This document shows, piece by piece, positions 12,693 to 26,305 of a stretch of DNA of 64,000 nucleotides. This stretch comes from Paramecium tetraurelia (Eukaryota), in contig CT868463.1 in the NCBI GenBank assembly GCA_000165425.1, positions 186,001 to 250,000 on the forward strand. The letters are read 5' to 3'. Every line of letters begins with the position of its first letter. Position 1 is the stretch's first letter. A program made the position numbers and the translations under genes. Under the pieces are notes generated by a model. It was not told the origin of the DNA and ran no database searches. It saw only the letters and a program-made list of their open reading frames with translations.

Positions 12693-13432
12693 TTTATTTG
12701 CAGTTAATTTATTTATTATTTATATTACATTTCACTATCAATCCCAACAAAAATTAGCAACATTATTTTTAATTACTAAACAATATTTAGCAATTATATA
12801 AGAGATCTAATCCATTAAACAAAATCAGATTAGAATAAATAATATAAATTTCCATATAGAATAGTCTATGCATATCAAATATTTTTATTAAATAGAATAT
12901 CTATTTTAATAAAAAGTATAAAACTGGTGATCTAATTTAATCCTCTTATTAATATATAGATTAGAAGAAAGTCTAAAACTATTAGTATAATTCTTAATTC
13001 TAATTTATGAGTTTCACATTTACAAATCTTAGATTATGATGTTTCGTTGATTTTCAAATATTTTATCAATATTTGTATAATCTGTAATTTTGTAATTCAA
13101 TTTAGTTATTATTCTGTTCTTAAGTTTAATAATTGAATTTAGCAGTTTGCTTTTCCCTTATTTTTCAGAAATGAGAAACTATTTATATATATATATTTAT
13201 CGATTATCAAAACTAAGTTGACATATTAAAGTTATTTAGTGCAAATATTTATGAATTATTTATGCTCAGATAGATTGAATTTAATAAAAGGATAAATCAA
13301 AATCTATATAATAAATTATAAGACTTCAAAGTGACAAACATTTATAATTCTTACGCTTCTACTTTATAAATAAAATGATATATTAATAATGGACTAATAA
13401 CTGAATTTAATGTTATATTTTGTTTGAATAAA

Positions 13433-14088
13433 TCAATAATAGAATCCTCCAATTTAGAGTAATTAAACCTCATTTATTAATTAATCTTATTAATCTTCTA
13501 CTTGGACTTCTTATTCTGATTAGTCAGCTATTTCATTAATTTCTTATTCTTATTGTTGTGGTACTTCTTCAATAATATCAACATTTAATGGAGTTTCCTG
13601 AAGGGCTTATTCATCGTATTTGAAATCCTCATCCAATAATGGCATGCTTGTATCTATATCAGCTAATGCATCAATCTCTCCAACTTATATAAGTGAAACG
13701 CCTTTAATCACTTCTTCTTGAGCTGAGTAATCATAAACATCTTCTGCCATCATGGGAGCTTCAGCGACATCATTATTTTCAACTTCATTTAAGCCCATAT
13801 CAGGCGATCTTCCATCATTATTATATAATGGTTTGGGTTCTTCTAAATTTTATTGTTAGTCGAGTGTTTCCTCAACTAATGTCTAAGATTCATTGTCTAT
13901 ATCAGTGACTTGCAATAATTCTAAATATATGTATTTATTGTCCAATACCTTTAGTGTTTTATTATTGATGTGATAATGTCTATGAATCAACGTGTCTAAA
14001 TGATAAGAATAATAAAAAACCTATCCTTTTTATGTCTGATGTTTGAAGCAAAGGCACCTAACAAGAATATTAAGACAATAATTTTCAT
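13433..14088 (-). CDS. Small acidic secreted protein
   Basis: Signal peptide MKIIVLIFLLGAFASNIRHK, Glu/Asp-rich body, ends LQIGGFYY*. Two short introns. Confidence 0.78.
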
Positions 14089-14122
14089 AATTTTATATTA
14101 AATTAATCCGTTTTGATTTTAT

Positions 14123-15597
14123 TCAATTATGTAAGTTATATGGAGGTATATATCCAATAGTTTATTAAATTTCATAGCAATGGGACCTATATTGAATAAA
14201 TTCGAGCAAATTACTAATTAACATCTAATGATTTGTTATCCATGCTTTTTTCTAGGGCTGGAAATGTGTATTTGGGACCATTATCAATATTTCTTGAAAT
14301 ATTGTATCTTCCAGGTCCAACCAAACTGCCTTCTTAAGGTTTGTCATATTTCCCAGCTATATGATAACTTGGTCCCTTATTTGATGAAATTGATATGTTA
14401 GGATTGTACTTCCCAGGACCCTAGATAATCAATTTTAAAATTTACAGGAGTATTATCCAAAGAGCTATAATCCTTTAATGCTTTTGAAATGATGGGGCCA
14501 TTTCTTCGAAGTTTGGAATCAACCATATATGCTCCAGGGCCAGGAGTTTTTTCATTTGGAATAATTGACTATCTGATTGCACTTCCAAAACTAAAATACT
14601 ATTTATCCATATATACCTAGCATGTCTAGTAGGATATTTATATTTTTAAACATCGTAATCTAATGGAGATGGACCAAACTTAAGTTAATTTTGACTACTC
14701 CTTTTGGAGGTACCAATTCTAATTTTTAAACAAGTTATTTGTACTTGACTCCTTTTCCTTTTTTCAATTTTATATCTCCTTCTTCGGATTCAACAAATGA
14801 TTTTAATTTGTAACTACCAGGACCTGGTACATTAGATTTTTCGATGTGTAGATTTCCTTTAACTCCAAATGTTATTCCTTGTTGTTTAGGCAAACTCAAA
14901 TCAAATGCCCCTGGACCAGGTCCGTTTTGACTTAATTCAAAACTTCTCTATGATTTTGGAAATCTGTTAGATATTATAGTATACTTGATGTTAGTTGAGA
15001 ATTTAGGTATTTCAACGTCATATTACCCTGGTCCTGGAGTACTTTATGTTAAATTATTAGCTCTCTTGCTTGTTGTCAATCCCTTATTTTACGGTTAATG
15101 AGTATGATAATGTTTAAGATCGTAAGTTCCTGGACCAGGGTTTTATAGTATCTGATTACCAATAGTATCGAATTTGCTTTGAAATGTAAATGCTGGAGCC
15201 TTTTCTTAATCAGTCCAATTATATGATCCAGGACCAATTTCTAATCCTTTCTTCTAGTGATCTTAGGCAGTTGTAAAAACAGCTGAAGGGGCATTTTAGG
15301 TAATTGTCTAATTAAGTTATATTTGTGAAGACCTAATATTTAAGATCATACGCTCCTGGGTCTGGTGCTATACTAGATGAGTATAAGGGTTTTCTATTTG
15401 ATTTAGAAAATCTGAACCCAATAGGTTTCTCAATTGGATTAATAGAGTAGTGATTTGGACTATGTGAATAGCATACATTACCCTGGGTATGGATTAGTTT
15501 AGTAAATGGCAGCTAAAAAATAGATATAGATTATACATTCATATCGTTTACCAATAGTAAATGCTCCTGAGAATGGGGAATTGGGGCCGTGAATCAT
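14123..15597 (-). CDS. Sperm-tail PG-rich repeat (STPG/SHIPPO/ODF3-like) axonemal protein
   Basis: About ten P-G-P-G-x-Y repeats (NPGPGTYD, TPGPGQY, VPGPGSYK, TPGPGAYM, VGPGRYN), each followed by Px(F/Y)(T/S)(F/I) segments. Several introns. Confidence 0.9.
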
Positions 15598-15624
15598 TAA
15601 CAATACAATAAAAATAATCAAATA

Positions 15625-16279
15625 TCAAGACTTAATATATTTACATACTACTTTAATGCTCCTAAATGTCTTCTTTATTTTTTATGATTGTTAACTAATA
15701 TTGAATCTATGTTTGATAATGTCGATTTCTCTTCATGACAAGTATTCAACAATTTTGAGATTTTACTATCACTAGTTTCATTGTGACACTTTACTAAATC
15801 AAAAGATTGATTTAATCGAGGTAATTTTAAAGATTATTTACTATAGTCGATAGTAGAGTAATCAATAGTCTAATCTTCGTTTATGATCACATTTTTTATT
15901 CTTCTGTTTTGTATAATTTCTGTAAATAATCCAGGTTCATATTCCTAACTATTTTAATAACAACTATATACTTTTTAAATGTTCTCTATTCTAATTTTTA
16001 GAGGATCTTTTTAATTGCATCCTAGTGAGGGTTCTTAATTTCATATTACAACAATTTATTTTTGTTTCGAGCTTAAGAATCAATATGCTTGTCAATCAAA
16101 TTATCATATTTTTAACAACTATTGAATTTTATAACATTAGTGTATCTCTTGGAACCATACATCAAACGAGCAGCAGGTTTAAATGGGTTTTTTGCAAAGA
16201 CTGGTACTAGTTTTTATTTATTATTGATTTATTTTTCCATTTTCTTAAGAAACCCTTTATGCTCTAAATCAGGCAGCAT
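15625..16279 (-). CDS. Hypothetical protein
   Basis: Open ciliate-code frame from MLPDLEHKGFLKKMEK... to ...YVNILS*. No recognised domain. Confidence 0.65.
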
Positions 16280-16308
16280 TATTTTATTTATTTAATTCAA
16301 AATTCGTT

Positions 16309-18204
16309 ATGATGATTGAATAATAGTCTCCCCAATATTGGGATGATTTGATTCTGAGCAGTAGTAAAAAAGAGTTGAAGATATAAAGTCAAACGCTTGA
16401 ATTAACTGCCTAAAAACTTTAATAATAATTAGAAAAGAATAAAGAATTTAATCATGAATATATGATGAGAATACAAAGAAGTTAGTCTGATCATCGAGAT
16501 CAATATATTTCTGAACCTCATGAGGAGGAATGCGATGAAGCTGAGCAATAGAAAACATACTTGAATAAATTGATGGATGAGTTTAATTCAACTTACAGTC
16601 CAAAAATTAAAAGACCTTGTTGCTAACCTAAATCCTTTGATATGCCAAAATAGCAATAAAAAAATGTATTGGAATATTCAAAAGAGGAAGTTTGGCATAG
16701 ACTTTTGGAAGATAAGAGAAATCAATTAGAATAGAGGGAAAATGAAAAAAGAAAATACATAGACGAATTGGTAGATTAACATTGTACATTTAAACCAATA
16801 ATTAGTGATATTGCATCAAGAAGAAGCACAGATTAGCCAGTGGCTGATCGATTATATTAGGATGGTATTGAATAAAAAAAAAGAAAAGAATAATTAAAAT
16901 TTGATCATATTAATTCAGAATAGTTTTCTTTTAAGCCAGATATTAGTTAAATTAGTAAAGTATTAAAAGGTGAAAAATAATTTATGAAACCATTATATGA
17001 AAGAATTGATGAAGTCATGAAAAAAAAATAAGAAGAATTATTATTAAAGTAATAGGAATTATAACAATAATCTGAAGCAACATATTAACCAAAAATTTCA
17101 TAAAGATCAATTTTTATAGCAGACCAAAAATAAACATCAAAATCAGTTGTTGAAAGATTAATGGAAGATGCAGCTACCAAATTATAAAGAAAAATAAATT
17201 AAAACAATGAAATACCAGAATAAGATGAATGTACTTTCAACCCATAGATCAATCCAACAACAAAACCTGTATAATAAATTAATTAAATTTGTTAAACATA
17301 ATATTTGATGGCAGATTTTATGAGAGAGAAAAAGGAAAAACTCATCTAGGAGTTTATCAAAAATTCTGATGTCACTTTCAAACCTTAAATTAATAAAACA
17401 AGTGAATTAATTATGGAAAGCAACGAAGAAAGACTTTTAGAGAATATGTCTGATAAGATTAATCGTCTTGGAGCCAGAGATTATGAAAAAAATCAAATTT
17501 TAAAAGATTAAATTTCGTAAGCATATTATCAATAATACACTTTTAAACCTTAAATTAATCCCATTTCTTCTATTATTGCATAAAAACGATCTTTAGATGA
17601 TCTTGCATATAATCCAGAGAGATAGGAAAAATTAAATCGGTTGAAAGAAGTAATTTATTTCATTAAATCAATAGGATTAAGAGTAAAAGTAATCTTTTAG
17701 TTATTATCCATAAACCAAGAAATCATAGCAATATTAGCATGTGAAATCTAAATATGATAAAAAGTTGATTAAATAAAACATGGAAATAGAAAAAGAGATC
17801 AAAGATAGAAAAATTCAAGATTTAAAAAAGTAACTTAAATTATTTATTTAAGATAAATGCAGTATTAGGAGTTAAAGGAATGCACTTTTAAACCAATCAC
17901 TAAATAGTTTTAGAAAGATGAAGAACCACTAAGTTAAAAAGTCAAAGGAGTCGAGAATTTCTTTTAAAACAAAGAAAACATTATGAAAAAATTCAATCAA
18001 CAAAAAGAAAGAGAAAAAGAGCTTTTTCATTATGAATTAAAATATGATTTTAAGAATCATTTAGAAAAGACCAAGCCAGAACCATTTAATATTACTTAAC
18101 AAAATACTATGAATAAAAGATAATTGGAGGAAGAAGCAATATAAAGAGATAGAGAATAATGCACTTTTCACCCTAAAATTAATCAAAAATATGTTTTTTC
18201 TTGA
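16309..18204 (+). CDS. Coiled-coil protein with about 9-10 [CYF]TF[KNH]PxI repeats
   Basis: HCTFKPII, QFSFKPDI, ATYQPKI, ECTFNPQIN, DVTFKPQIN, QYTFKPQIN, ECTFKPIT, QCTFHPKIN and KTKPEPFNIT. Two introns near 17650 and 17830. Confidence 0.85.
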
Positions 18205-18513
18205 GAATATTTATTTAAAATACTAGAATACATTATTTGTAGTATCCTTATTTATAACTCTATTTTTAGGAATATATCTACTATTTCAAATTCACTCAAT
18301 GAAATTTCTCTAAATGTGAATCTTTTGTTTATTATTAATTCTAAGTTGGTATATCTTTAGTTGCAGTTCAATGAAAATCAATAAGTATTTGATAATTAAA
18401 TTAATTAATAATACTATAAAATTTGTTTTTATGATGACGAACTTTCTTATTAAAAGGATTTGATTTATGAATTCAAATCAAAGAAATATCTTGTTTTTCA
18501 ATTATAATATAAA

Positions 18514-21500
18514 ATGATGGATTCTGATCGAATGTCAGAAAGGTATTAAAATAATGGACACAACAACAACATTTTCCGTGATACAGAATAAAACTTCCTT
18601 CCACTGCAAGTTGTTGATAATTTTAATAAATAGTTAGCTGAGGTTAAGCAAGTACATTTGCAATTTTATTAGGAACCAAATGAATAACAAGTTGCAGATT
18701 AACAAATTAATTCAGATTTATAAAGAGGGAATATGGCTTAATTGGTAATATATATCAATATTTTTAGTTTACAGACAAGCCTATATGCTTACCAATTGTT
18801 TAAAAAAAATTGAGTAGTTTAGATTAAGAGAATGATGAAGTTGACGAAGTTTCATAAAAAAAGAATAGATAGATGAGTTCATAAAATATGGAATCAGGTT
18901 CAGATGGTAAATCAAGTCAAAATAAATCAGGGCAACAAAGACAATTTAGTATGTGATTTTATAGTATGTTTATAGTGGCTAAAAAAACGATAAGAAGAAT
19001 GAATAGCAAAATAAAGGCGAGACAATCAGTGATATTGCCTAGAGCCTTAACTACAAGCATCACCACTAGAATTTCCCATTTTGTTGAGAGTCTTCCTTTT
19101 TCAATATTAATGGCAATAGTAACTCTTTATGCTTTATTCGGTGATGATATAAGAGTCCTAACTGTGAATAAAGATGGTGATGACGCATTCTTTGTTTTAA
19201 CCATAATCTGTATGGTTTGCTTTATCTTAGAAATTGTCTTTACTTGTGTTTGCAAAAATGAATATATTTGCAATGTATAATGACATTTATAACTATAGTT
19301 TTACTTTTGGTTAGATGTGATATCAACAGCTACCATGTTTTTAGATATTGGATGGATAACTGATGAATGGTACTCTGGAGATGTAACAAATGCTTCTTCC
19401 ATTAAAACAATTGGTTCTGCATCTAAAGTTGCAAGGAAGGCTGCAAGAGTCATAAGAGTCATTAGATTAGTAAGATTGGTAAAATTGTACAAACATGCCA
19501 GATAACAAATATAGAAACAATAATAAAAGGCACTTCTGAGATAGTTATTAAGATAGGCTCAATTATCTTAAGAGGAAAAAATGAAATAATAATAATAATA
19601 GTAATAAATGATTTAAGAATCTTAATAGTAACAATCATAACTATAAATTTAATAAAGGATTCTTCAATAATCTTAATAATAGTTGTCCTAATCATAAAAT
19701 CATCCCTAACGTATCATTTTATTATTATATATTAGCTAATAATGAAGAAGAATAAGCATTACAAATACAAAGTCAACAAAATATGATAGGAAGTGGTAAA
19801 ATTAAAAACAACCAATTAAATTAAAGTCAAATGAGTGGAAATTCTGTTCCTCCTAATTAACAAATCCAAAAGCCAATTTCAAGTTAGGATGGAAGTGAAG
19901 GATCAAACAATCAATTCAGTAAATCTCCAGGAAAATCAACTCCTGGAAAGTCTGGTTAATAAACTAATTCCTAAGGGGAAAGTTCAATAAATGGAGAGAT
20001 TGACTAAAAAGAATCAAATGTTGGTTAATAATTATCAGATTTAGTAATGAGGAGAGTGATCACTATCATCTTAGCAGTTCTGATTAGCATTCCTTTGATC
20101 AACTTTGACACATATTAAGAGAAAATCAATAGCTATGATTCAGGAATCTTTAGAATATCTTAGTTTAAGGATAAATAGAATGTGAAAGAGATTCTGATTA
20201 AGTAATATGCAGAATTCCATTAAGGACAAATCTATCCAATACAAGCAGTACATATATTAGTTAATGGTTCTTGGATTAATTATAATTACTAGAAATATCC
20301 AGATTATTTTGAATATACATCTTTATCTCCAGAGTAATACAGATTTACAGATCTTCAATATTACATTCAGACTTCTTAAAATGGAACTCTATTGGCCTAT
20401 TCTGCTGCAGATCTGGTTTCTTATAATCAGACTAACTCAATCCTATCAATATTTTAAACCATTTTTGTTTGTATTGTTTTGGCTTTGAGTGCGTTACTTT
20501 TCAACAAAGACGTTGAGGATTTAGTAATCGACCCTATTGAAACTATGATGAAATAAATAGAATTAATTGCAGCCAATCCCTTAGAGGCAGTGAATATTGA
20601 AGAATAAGAAGATTTAGTAATTGAAGAACTAGAAAAAAGTTAAGATCATAAAAAATTAAAAGAAAAAGAAATTGAGAGATCTATGGAAACCTATGTCTTA
20701 TAACGTTTAATTATGAAAGTAGGTGCCTTATTGGCAGTGGGTTTTGGAGAAGCAGGATCTGAAATTATAGCAGAAAATATCAAAAAGGGAGGTAGTGTTG
20801 ATCCTATGATCCCAGGCAAAAAAATAATGGCAATCTTTGGATTCTGCGATATCAGAAATTTTACAGATGCAACTGAAGTCTTATAATAAGAAGTAATGGT
20901 ATTTGTAAATGAAATTGCAGAAATTGTTCATTCAGCTGTCAATAGTTTTAGTGGATCTGCTAATAAAAATATAGGAGATGCTTTTCTTTTAGTTTGGAAA
21001 TATGATTAATTTGATTATCATCCTGATCCAAGCAATCCTTAAAAACTACTGTTAAGAGATACTAAATTAATCAAATAAAAAGGAGATATGGCAGTCTTAG
21101 CTTTTCTCAAAATTATTACTTCGGTTTCAATCTCCAAAAAATTAGAAAAATATAAAAAACACCCTGGTTTGAATGCAAGAATGAAGGACTATTCGGTAAA
21201 AATGGGATTTGGTTTACATATGGGCTGGGGAATAGAGGGAGCTATAGGTTCATCTTTCAAGATTGATGCTTCTTACTTAAGTCCAAATGTAAATATGGCC
21301 TCCAGATTAGAAGCAGCTACTAAATAATTTGGTTCAATTATATTGATTAGTGGTATTTTTAGAGAGCATTTAACCGAATCTTGTCAGAAATAATTACGAC
21401 TTATTGATATTGTTACTGTCAAAGGTAGCATTGAACCTATGAGTAATTATAATTCTATACCTAGAAATTTACACCATTGATTTATCTATAAAAAGCTTAT

Positions 21501-21927
21501 TAAAAGGAATCAAAGAGCCTATTGATAAATATGACATTAGTAAATTAACATAAAGAGAAGCCAAAAAATATCGAGTTGTCTAAAGATACCAAAGAAATCA
21601 ATTAATCAAAAAAGTCGAAAACGATTCAATTCAAGTTGCTGATCTCTTTTAATCAGATTAAGAATTAGTTCTTGCAAGAGCTCCTTTTAAACCAGAGTTC
21701 TATGAAACTTGGGATCAGGGCTTCTAATATTATATTAATGGATAATGGGAATAAAGCTTTACCTATCTTCACTAAGACTCTTGTAATCAATTTTATTTAT
21801 ATTTCTATAGTCTATGATACCTGAACATAAAGATGGACCTTCGAATACTCTACTTGAAGTTCTACACTCTAATGGAAACAAAGCACCTAATTATTGGAAA
21901 GGCTTTAGAGAACTGACAGAAAAATGA
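18514..21927 (+). CDS. Ion-channel/adenylyl cyclase fusion protein (alveolate type)
   Basis: TM helices S1-S3, S4-like RKAARVIRVIRLVRLVKLYK, two further TMs, LLAVGFGEAG, class III cyclase core FGFCDIRNFTDATE, NKNIGDAF, KIDASYLSPNVNMASRLEAATK, and a TPR-like C-terminus ending YWKGFRELTEK*. Confidence 0.95.
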
Positions 21928-22013
21928 TATTCATATATATAGGATTTATAATAATATCCATTCATCTTCTTTTCAATAGAATAGTGCTTTTTATTTTTTG
22001 AGTTACTTATTTT

Positions 22014-24459
22014 ATGTTAATTTTTATGATCTTAAGATCTATTTCTTTATCCATAATATGTTTAGGTTATCAAACGGCAAATTAGTTAACAAAAGTATAT
22101 TTCTAAAGTAATTTAAAATTATTCTATCAATTAAGAAACTTCAGTTAATTAATAGTTAATTGTAAGATATTAAATAATAAGTAAGAAAATAAAATGTGAC
22201 ATCATTGGAATTTTTCTGGATTAAAATTAAAATCATAATTTTAATTAAATATTATTTTATCATATTGAAATTCACATTTAATTTATTTCATAGTCACTCT
22301 ATGTTTGAAAAATTTCTCTTTAGAATTATAAATTACAAATTTTTAATATCTGGCTAAATTTTAATATTATTAAATTTGAATAGAAATTAACATTAAAGTA
22401 AAATTAAATTATATTCTCATAACACTACAAAATAAATGGTTTATCCTTAGTCGATTATATAGGAATAGTAATAGCAACCTTTTCTACTTTCAATTATTTA
22501 ATGATAGTAACAAATTAAGTTTTATTTAGCCATATTAAAATATCATTGTCATTTTGAAGTTAATAGGTAATTTATTTAATTTATTAGATTAAAAAGTTTG
22601 AAGCTATTACTTTAAATTATTAAATTCACTTTAATCATATATTGAAGTACTTCCAGATTTAGGAATAAACTTTTGGTTTTAGTAGCTCTAATACTATTTT
22701 TTGTATGACCTATAAAGTGCATTTCTGTTATTGAAGTTAAAGTGAATATATTCAATTATAATAGTTGAATATCAGATAAATATATTTTAGAATTACACCT
22801 CAAAAAACTTTATTATGTGTTATGAAATATGTTCTGGTTGATGTCAATGGTATAGATTTGATCTAAACGATGATATAGAATTTGACTTATAAATTGAAAA
22901 TCAGATAGAAATAAATAGAAATAAATTACTATTTATTTTATAAAATGTTAGGATCAATGGGATTTTTATTATTCTGTATCTACTTTGTTGTTGATGGCTT
23001 TTAAGGTCAAGTTTTCCCATTAGATAATTTTTAGTTCAGATTTATTTAATGGATTGATTGTAAAACTAAAGAATAGGTTGGATTAGTAAATGTACAAGGA
23101 GAATTGTAAATAAGCCTTCTAGAGGGATAGGGGATTTGTTTAGACCAAAATTACTAATTACCTTTGGATGAAGACTCTGCATACAAATATACATTTATTT
23201 TTAATCGATCTCTAAATAATGATTCATTGTTTATTTTCATAGATTACAAGATGTACGATTTGAGTAAATAATTAACTTCTTCGCCTGTAATATAAATTCA
23301 GCATTATCATTTTTTAACATGTAAGAATTCAATTGAGTTTTGGTTAAATTCAACTGCATCATTAAATTTAATTTTGTTTTTTATCACGAAAGTTTAAACA
23401 ACTACTAAAGATCAAATACTGCTTGCAGGATCACTTCCTTAGTTAGAAAATGAAAATAAATTTTACTTTGATTTCTCATCAACCTTTGAACTGATACTCT
23501 AGAATCAAACTTTATAATATAAGGCAAAATTACAAAAATCCTATAATGAATAGTCTGCGTTATATTGGTTTAGATTATATTAAAATAAGTACCTTTTACC
23601 ATTATAAATATCATAAATAGATACAAATAATATTCTAATATAAGGAAGCAGACAGATAGTGGATAGTAGTGATATTAAATTAAATAATTTGCCCTTTTTA
23701 ATAAAAACCTAATACCAAATAACATAGATTAATTTGATATCTTAACATTTGCAAAATCTAGAATTTGAAGCTATTATTTAGATTGATAATACTTTTTCAT
23801 AATTAAATAGAAATGATATACTATTGAAATAAAAGTTTAAGCCTATAAATTAAGTTAGAATGCAAGTAGATGTTAATTAGAATATTAATAATACTCTTGC
23901 TGTAATAGAAGTGTTGCCGAAGGGTTATGAATGTGTTCAAAATATCAATATAAGTGAAGCAAAAATTACGATAAAAAATGAATAACAGGAAATAGTGTTA
24001 GAGTGCTATTTAATTGAGAGTGATAAAAATAAGAGTTGTGTGGGATATGATGAAAGATATTGTATATTTTATGTAGAATGGAAGTTTGAGAACAATATTT
24101 AATATTCTTATGAATTGAGTGCAACGTTAGAGAAGAATAATTAATAGGATCCATTTGTTTATTTTCAAACAGACCTTGAGTATTTCCCAATGATTAATGA
24201 TGAAGGAGAGGATTTCGGAGGATACTGGGTTGGATACATTCTTTTAATCAATTTACTGTTACCAATCTTAATGTTCTTATTTTGTGTCTTTTGCGTACTA
24301 TCATTAAATGTCTATCACCCATATATAATGTACATAATAGAATTGGATGAAATTTACTTCAAATCTAAAAAAAGACAATAGTAAGAATCATAACAATCGA
24401 TGTAATAGGACTAATCAAGTTACGAGGGAGGAAAACTAATTTAATAAAACTCAAGCTGA
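22014..24459 (+). CDS. Large type-I membrane protein, unknown function
   Basis: Hydrophobic N-terminus MLIFMILRSISLSIICLG, a long Q/N/I/L-rich ectodomain, and a single TM (YWVGYILLINLLLPILMFLFCVFC) near the C-terminus. Exon structure not fully verified. Confidence 0.6.
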
Positions 24460-24490
24460 TTATGATTTTATATTTTTATTATAATTAACT

Positions 24491-26259
24491 TCATGCTCTT
24501 TCTCTCTTTCTTGGTGCACATTTAACAATATCATCAACTCTCATAATTAATTCAGCTGCTTCGCTGGCAGCCATCAATGCTTGTTCTTTAACTCTTAAAC
24601 ATTCTTTAACACCTAGTTCACTCATGTTTCCAACTGTTCCATCAGTCATATTTAAACCACAAGTTTGATTGCCCTTTTATAATTCGACTTTGAAGTTTTA
24701 TATTAATTCAGCGGAGTCATACCCTTTAATAAAGTCTATAAGAATGGGTACCTCCATTATCGCAAATAATAGTTGGAATCTATCTCAGAGCTCTAGCAAA
24801 TGCTTCAATTGCAAATGCCTATTTTCCTTATACCTTTTTGGCTTCTTCCTCACAGGCAGCTGCCATTTACATTTCTGAATTGCCACCTCCCCAAACAACT
24901 CTTCTGTTTTTGACTGTAGTAATTAAAACACATAATGCATCATGGATTGATCTATCCACTTCATCCAAAATATGTGTACTAGCTCCTCTTAACACAATGG
25001 TGCATGCTTCATTCTTCTTGCATCCAGAGAATTTGATCATCTAATAACAATTTATTTAATAGTTTACTTTTTCTTCTCCAATCATGATTTCTTCAATTAA
25101 ATCACAATGACCTAAGACTTATGCTGCTCTTTCTGGAGCGTCGAATGTTGATAAGATTTCAGCTCCTGTAGCTGCAGCAACTCTTTCCATTCCTTCGAAA
25201 TCAGCATGTTCTATAACAGTGATTCCAGAATCTGCCAATAATTATTCTGGATAATTGTAAATTAATTATCTATTGACAAATACTGTTGGTTAATATTTAA
25301 GAATCTTATCCACTTTATGTTTCATCTTTTCCTTCTCAGCAGCCTCTATTTCTGCAACTTTATCCATTGAATTGACTTTGACTTTTGTTCCATATATTTT
25401 GATTTTATCATAATCCATAGCAGTATTAGCCACCAAAATCTTAGCATTTTCTATTCTCCTCTTGCATCCAATAGTTATCTGTTTCTTCAAAATGAATCCA
25501 TCATCCAAATAAGAATCTCTTATTGTTCCTCCTGGAAGTTTGATTATTTGAATATAATCCAAATTGGATGATCCCTTTAATCTGAGTACTGCTTTCACAC
25601 ATAAATCTGCAAAATAGTCTCTATCTGTAGTGATTAACTTTGAACTCAATGTAGTTCTGGCAATCTTAATCAAATCATCATGAAATTCCTAAGAATTGAT
25701 ATCATTTTCACTAGCTAATTAAAATTATACAATTCTTTACAAATATCTCTAAGTCGCTTTAAGGCTACATCTCTAGCAATTCTCCATCCAGCTATAACAT
25801 GTTGTGGATGAATTCTTTTTTAAATTAATTTCTCTCCTTCCCGCAATAATTCACCTGCCAATACTGCAACTGTTGTAGTCCCATCTCCCACTTCCTCATC
25901 TTAAGTCTTGCTGATTTCTATAAGAATCTTGGCTGCAGGATTCTCAACATACATTGACTTCAGAATTGTAGCACCATCATTGGTTACAGTAATGTGAGTC
26001 ATTTCTTAGCCTGGTCCTGTTGGTTTCAATATTTTATCCTATTAAATTAATTCACAATTCTAACCATTCCCTTAGGTCCTAAGGTTGTTTTTACTAGATC
26101 TGCTACTGCAATTGCTCCTACAAAACTTTACTTGGAATGTTAATAATCAATAATTTACCAATCTGGCCATCTCTCCTTTATCTTCAGTAGCTTCGTCTTT
26201 CAACACTTATGGCAATACGTTCTATGATAACTACAAAGCTTTACTCCAACGATATCCAT
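24491..26259 (-). CDS. CCT2: T-complex protein 1 subunit beta (CCT-beta)
   Basis: [92 protein letters not shown], ends CAPRKRERA*. Confidence 0.96.
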
Positions 26260-26305
26260 TATTTATGGTCAATTAAAAAAGAAAATTTTTTTAATCAAAT
26301 ATTAA

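Noticed and set aside
24669..25044. + strand ORFs in the track (similarly 30373-31195, 48923-49117, 53052-53881)
   Set aside because: Antisense shadows of CCT2, the P4-ATPases and CFAP45.
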